From the NCBI GenBank assembly GCA_028534125.1, contig CM052822.1, positions 73,532,001 through 73,596,000 on the forward strand: DNA of 64,000 nt, given 5' to 3'. Made by a program: the position numbers and the translations under genes. This DNA comes from Lama glama. Lineage: Eukaryota. Position 1 is the stretch's first letter. The number at the start of each line of letters is the position of its first letter. This document shows, in pieces, positions 60,583 to 64,000 of the stretch. The notes beneath the pieces are model-generated. The model did not search any database, had not been told where the DNA came from, and was given only the letters and a program-made list of their open reading frames with translations.

Positions 60583-61764
60583 TGCCCCGAAAAGCTGCCT
60601 GTGGAAAGAAGCAGAGTATTGCACCTGAGGACATTAGACAAGGGCAGCCAGAATCTTAAACCTGTTTGAAAAGAATGAGGGCAGTTTCTCACCTCTTGCC
60701 AGACGGCCGCTTTCACTTACAGGGAGGTGTCCTTTTCCATCTGGCCGCCGCTTGATTTATGGCCAGCGGTGTGTGTGTGGAAAGGTTTACTCCGCTCACG
60801 GGTGACTCCCAGTTGTACTACACAGCTTGTTAACTGTGGTGCTCTTTTAAAATACCAGCGGGTAGTAAGGGCCCCCCATACAGCTTGTCCGTGTGTGTCG
60901 GGGGTGCGGGCCCTGAGAGCAGCCAGAGCCCAGGGAGCCGTGTGTGCTGCGGGGGAGGTATGCCCAGCCACCCAGGCCAGGGGGACACTGTGGGCGCTCT
61001 TCCTGAGACAGAGGTGCTGTTTTAAGAGGAAGGGGCCCACGGGCACACGGGGCTTCTCAGGGCCTGTACTCTCCCTGGATCCCAGAGTGCCCCAGAGCTC
61101 TGGTGGCTGGGACTGCTGGCTCCTGAGGTCATGTGACTGAGGAGAGCTGAGACCCCCCCCCCCCAGTCCTCACACTGTCATTCTTACCTGTAGTTTGCAG
61201 ACCCCCAGAAACCTTGGGGTTTCTTCCTTTCTACAGTGGACACCTCAGGAAGCAAGGAAAGATGTATATCCTAGGAATGGAACAGCCTGGCCTGAGTTCT
61301 TTTGGGGCCAGGGCAGGACCTGAGGGCGTGGGACCAGGCACTGGGGGGATCCGGTGGAGAAGAAGGAAAAGGAGAGGTAGGGGTGTGGGGGGTGGCCCAT
61401 CTCACCCCACAAGACGCGAGTCTAGCTCTCCCAAGGTGCTGGGTCACCAGGGGACGTGGCGGTGAGACGGAAGGTGGGGAGACGCAGGGCGAGGCACCGA
61501 GGCCTAATCTGCACTGTGGCCCTGGCTGTGGGGGTGAGCCTGGGAGACCTGTCCCCTTGCGTCCCCGTGTCACTGTGACTAATTCACTGCAGGGCATTCG
61601 GAAGTTACTGAGAACATGAGAAGCTGGAGAAATTCCCTGTCATCCTTTCATTCAGACGGCCTCTGTTACTGCTTAAACATGTTTCCTTTTTTTACTTTGA
61701 GATCATACCCTGTCCTACTTAGCGTGGTGTATTTTCATTTTGACGGTGTCATTGTGGCATCTTG

Positions 61765-61770
61765 AATAAA
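61765..61770 (+). terminator. Polyadenylation signal for the ZBED-like terminal exon
   Basis: AATAAA about 1.2 kb after the stop codon, with GT-rich sequence downstream (cagtggttggagcagtgtgattgg). Confidence 0.7.
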
Positions 61771-62393
61771 GCTTCATAAAGATCACGTTCAGTGGTTGGA
61801 GCAGTGTGATTGGAAGTCAGGTCTGGCCTCCATACTGCTTAGGTCGCATCTCCTGCCCCAGCTGTTGGAGAGGGTGTGTGTCACCGGCTCCCTGTGATGA
61901 GAGGCGAGGGGTGTCTGGAGGAGAAGCCAGGACTGAGGCTGTGCTCTGTAACGTCCCCAACTCTGTATCAACTGCATTTGGTGATGAGATCAGGGCACGG
62001 CCCTGCACGAGCCCGGCCCCCTCCCTGCCTCCCTCCCTTACATTGCACATGTGGCTCAGACTTGAATGTGAATCACCTGAGATCATCTTAAAACTGCGTC
62101 ATCCTGTCCCTGCCTCCCACATGCGGGTGCAGTAGGTAAGGTGGGGGCGGGGATGTGATGCACCCCCAAGTTGTTCTGGGGGCCACTCATGGTCAGTGCC
62201 ACTATCCCCTTGAGCTGTCCTTGGCAGGGGCACCGTCCCCTTGCTGTTCGGTGTCACGGACCCACGCTCTGTGTTCCTGAGGGTGAGGGGCTGGAATGGA
62301 GAGGCAGTGGGGTGGGAGCACGTGAGGAAGACGGGGGTCGGTGCAAGGAGGAGGGTGAGAAGCTTCACGGTCTTGGGGGCTTGGGCTCCAGAG

Positions 62394-62605
62394 CAGTGGT
62401 TCTCAACAGGAACAGTTTTGTTCCCCAGGGGACATTCAGCAGTTTCTGGAGAGGTTTTGGTTGGCACAGCCTGTAGGGGGAATTGTTCCTGTCCTCTCGT
62501 GGATGGAAAGCACATGCTGCTGAACATCCTGCAATGGCCAGAGCAGACCCTACAACAGACGCAGTCCAGCCCCAAATGGTGGTAGGGCCAGGGTTGAAGA
62601 ACCTG
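62394..62605. mobile_element. MER20 MITE
   Basis: cagtggttctcaac..ttttgttccccaggggacatt..tctggaga..ttttggttg.cac..tgctgctgaacatcctgcaatg..gggttgaagaacctg. Confidence 0.78.
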
Positions 62606-64000
62606 TGCCAGATCGTGGACGGAAGGCGATGGGGTGCAGGAGGGTCCCCAGTCCGCCAAAGCTGCCAGGTGACTGTCCACCTGAGGCTGCTCTGAGTTGA
62701 ACTTTTTCTCTCCTAGACTTAGCTCTGCCCCACTCTTCCTGACTCACGGGCATCCTTTCCTGGCCCATTTCCTACAGAGGTAACCTGAGATTCAGAAAAG
62801 CTGGCTCTGAACAAGGGAAGATGGGCCTCCCTCCAGAGAGCCGAATGTCACCTGTGTCTTGGTCATAGTCTCATCCACATAACCAAGTCCTTTTCACAGA
62901 CCCGCACTGGGCCAACAGCCTCTGCTTATTTCCATAACAGGACCAGGATGCCCCTTGCTTTTCAGAGAGGAGGGCTGACAGGCTTAGGTGTGGCTGAGCC
63001 ATTCTCCCATCGTGAAGAGCCTCCTCTCAGTTGCTGGTCTCTCCATTTGGGTACACCTGGATTTGCACAGGTGTGTGGGCCCTTGCCTTGTTGAGGTGTG
63101 CAGATCTGAGGTAAGACAGTGACCAGGAGCAGAACAGAGATGGTTGATGCACTGGCAAATCGTGTTTTGACTGTGGTGCTGTTCATCTAACTGCAGACAA
63201 GGGTGCAGGACCGAAGGCACAGAGCCGTGGGCTGGAGGGTCACGTATTTCCCACCGGATAGGACCTTGGGGCACAGAAGGCTTGATTTGCAGTCCCAGTG
63301 GGATCTTTCTGCTCCTCTGGTTCCTCTTCTGCAGAAAGCATTCCTCTACCCTCCGGCTTTACCGTGGGCAGCGAGTGCACCATTCCGTCCCTGCTCCCTC
63401 GTTCTTTCCTTCCCTTCGGGCCACCACCTCCATCTCCATCACTAACCTGCTCCTCAGGGCATCTCTGCCTGACCCTCGTGGTCCACTGTGACCTCCCCTC
63501 TGCCCCAGACTACCCCACCTGATGGCCTCTTCTCGTTTGGACCCAGTGTGCACCAGGGGTTCCCGACCACTTTCACCCCCAAAATAGTATGGCTGGGAGG
63601 ATAGCCATCCTCCTAGAGTAAGGCCCACAGGTACTGAAAGAAGCCTGTGTCCCCTAAGGCTGGCCTGGTGTGCTGTGTGCTCACATGGTGGGTGGATCTG
63701 CACCTGCCTCCTAAGGCCGATGCCACAGGCACCCTAGAGCCTTGTCCCAGCTAAGTCTTCTTGCCCCCACCCTGCCTGTCCCAGCTGCGTGGGAGGTAGG
63801 AGCTGTGTGTCTGGTCACGTGGCCAGGTCCCGAGCACGTGTTCTCCCTCCTCTCCATCTCTCGTTGCCTTTGGCGGGGTCCTTGTCGCTTGCTAGGGCTT
63901 TTATGGCATGTTTTCAGGGTCTGGTGCCCCTCGTGCCCCACCCCACCCTACGGGCCAGAGCAGGTGTAACCAGATGCAGAGGGGACTGCGTCACTCCCTG

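Noticed and set aside
57382-60624. Long antisense ORFs (333 aa at 57382-58383 and 308 aa at 59698-60624)
   Set aside because: These are shadow ORFs of the GC-rich sense CDS, with no recognisable domains.
57200-61800. Active autonomous hAT transposon
   Set aside because: The DDE triad is lost, and no terminal inverted repeats or 8-bp target-site duplication were found by eye.
62000-64000. LRRC61 coding exon
   Set aside because: No leucine-rich-repeat ORF is visible; the CDS probably lies beyond the window.

Overview
This is a mammalian genomic window, probably camelid judging by a tRNA-Ala-derived SINE. It is syntenic with the human SSPO-ZNF862-ATP6V0E2-LRRC61 region, and all genes are on the + strand. 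In order it contains: (1) the last 8 exons of SCO-spondin (SSPO), frame intact, ending GGDFSKR*; (2) complete 8-exon ZNF862 (1171 aa), a double KRAB/TTF-zinc-finger fusion to a hAT transposase that still has its DDE triad; (3) complete ATP6V0E2 (81 aa); (4) an orphan CpG-rich NRF1/ETS promoter-like element at about 48.5 kb; (5) a CpG-island promoter with two non-coding exons, likely the LRRC61 5' UTR; (6) an intact single-exon 1084-aa BED-finger/hAT-transposase-derived ORF. The last item is the most notable. It is the likely full-length ortholog of human ZBED6CL/ZBED10P, has lost all three catalytic acidic residues, and has its own splice acceptor and poly(A) signal. The rest is old interspersed repeats (L1, MaLR LTRs, MER20/MER5, MIR) and two N gaps. 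Gene names come from recalled protein sequences and synteny, not from a database search.
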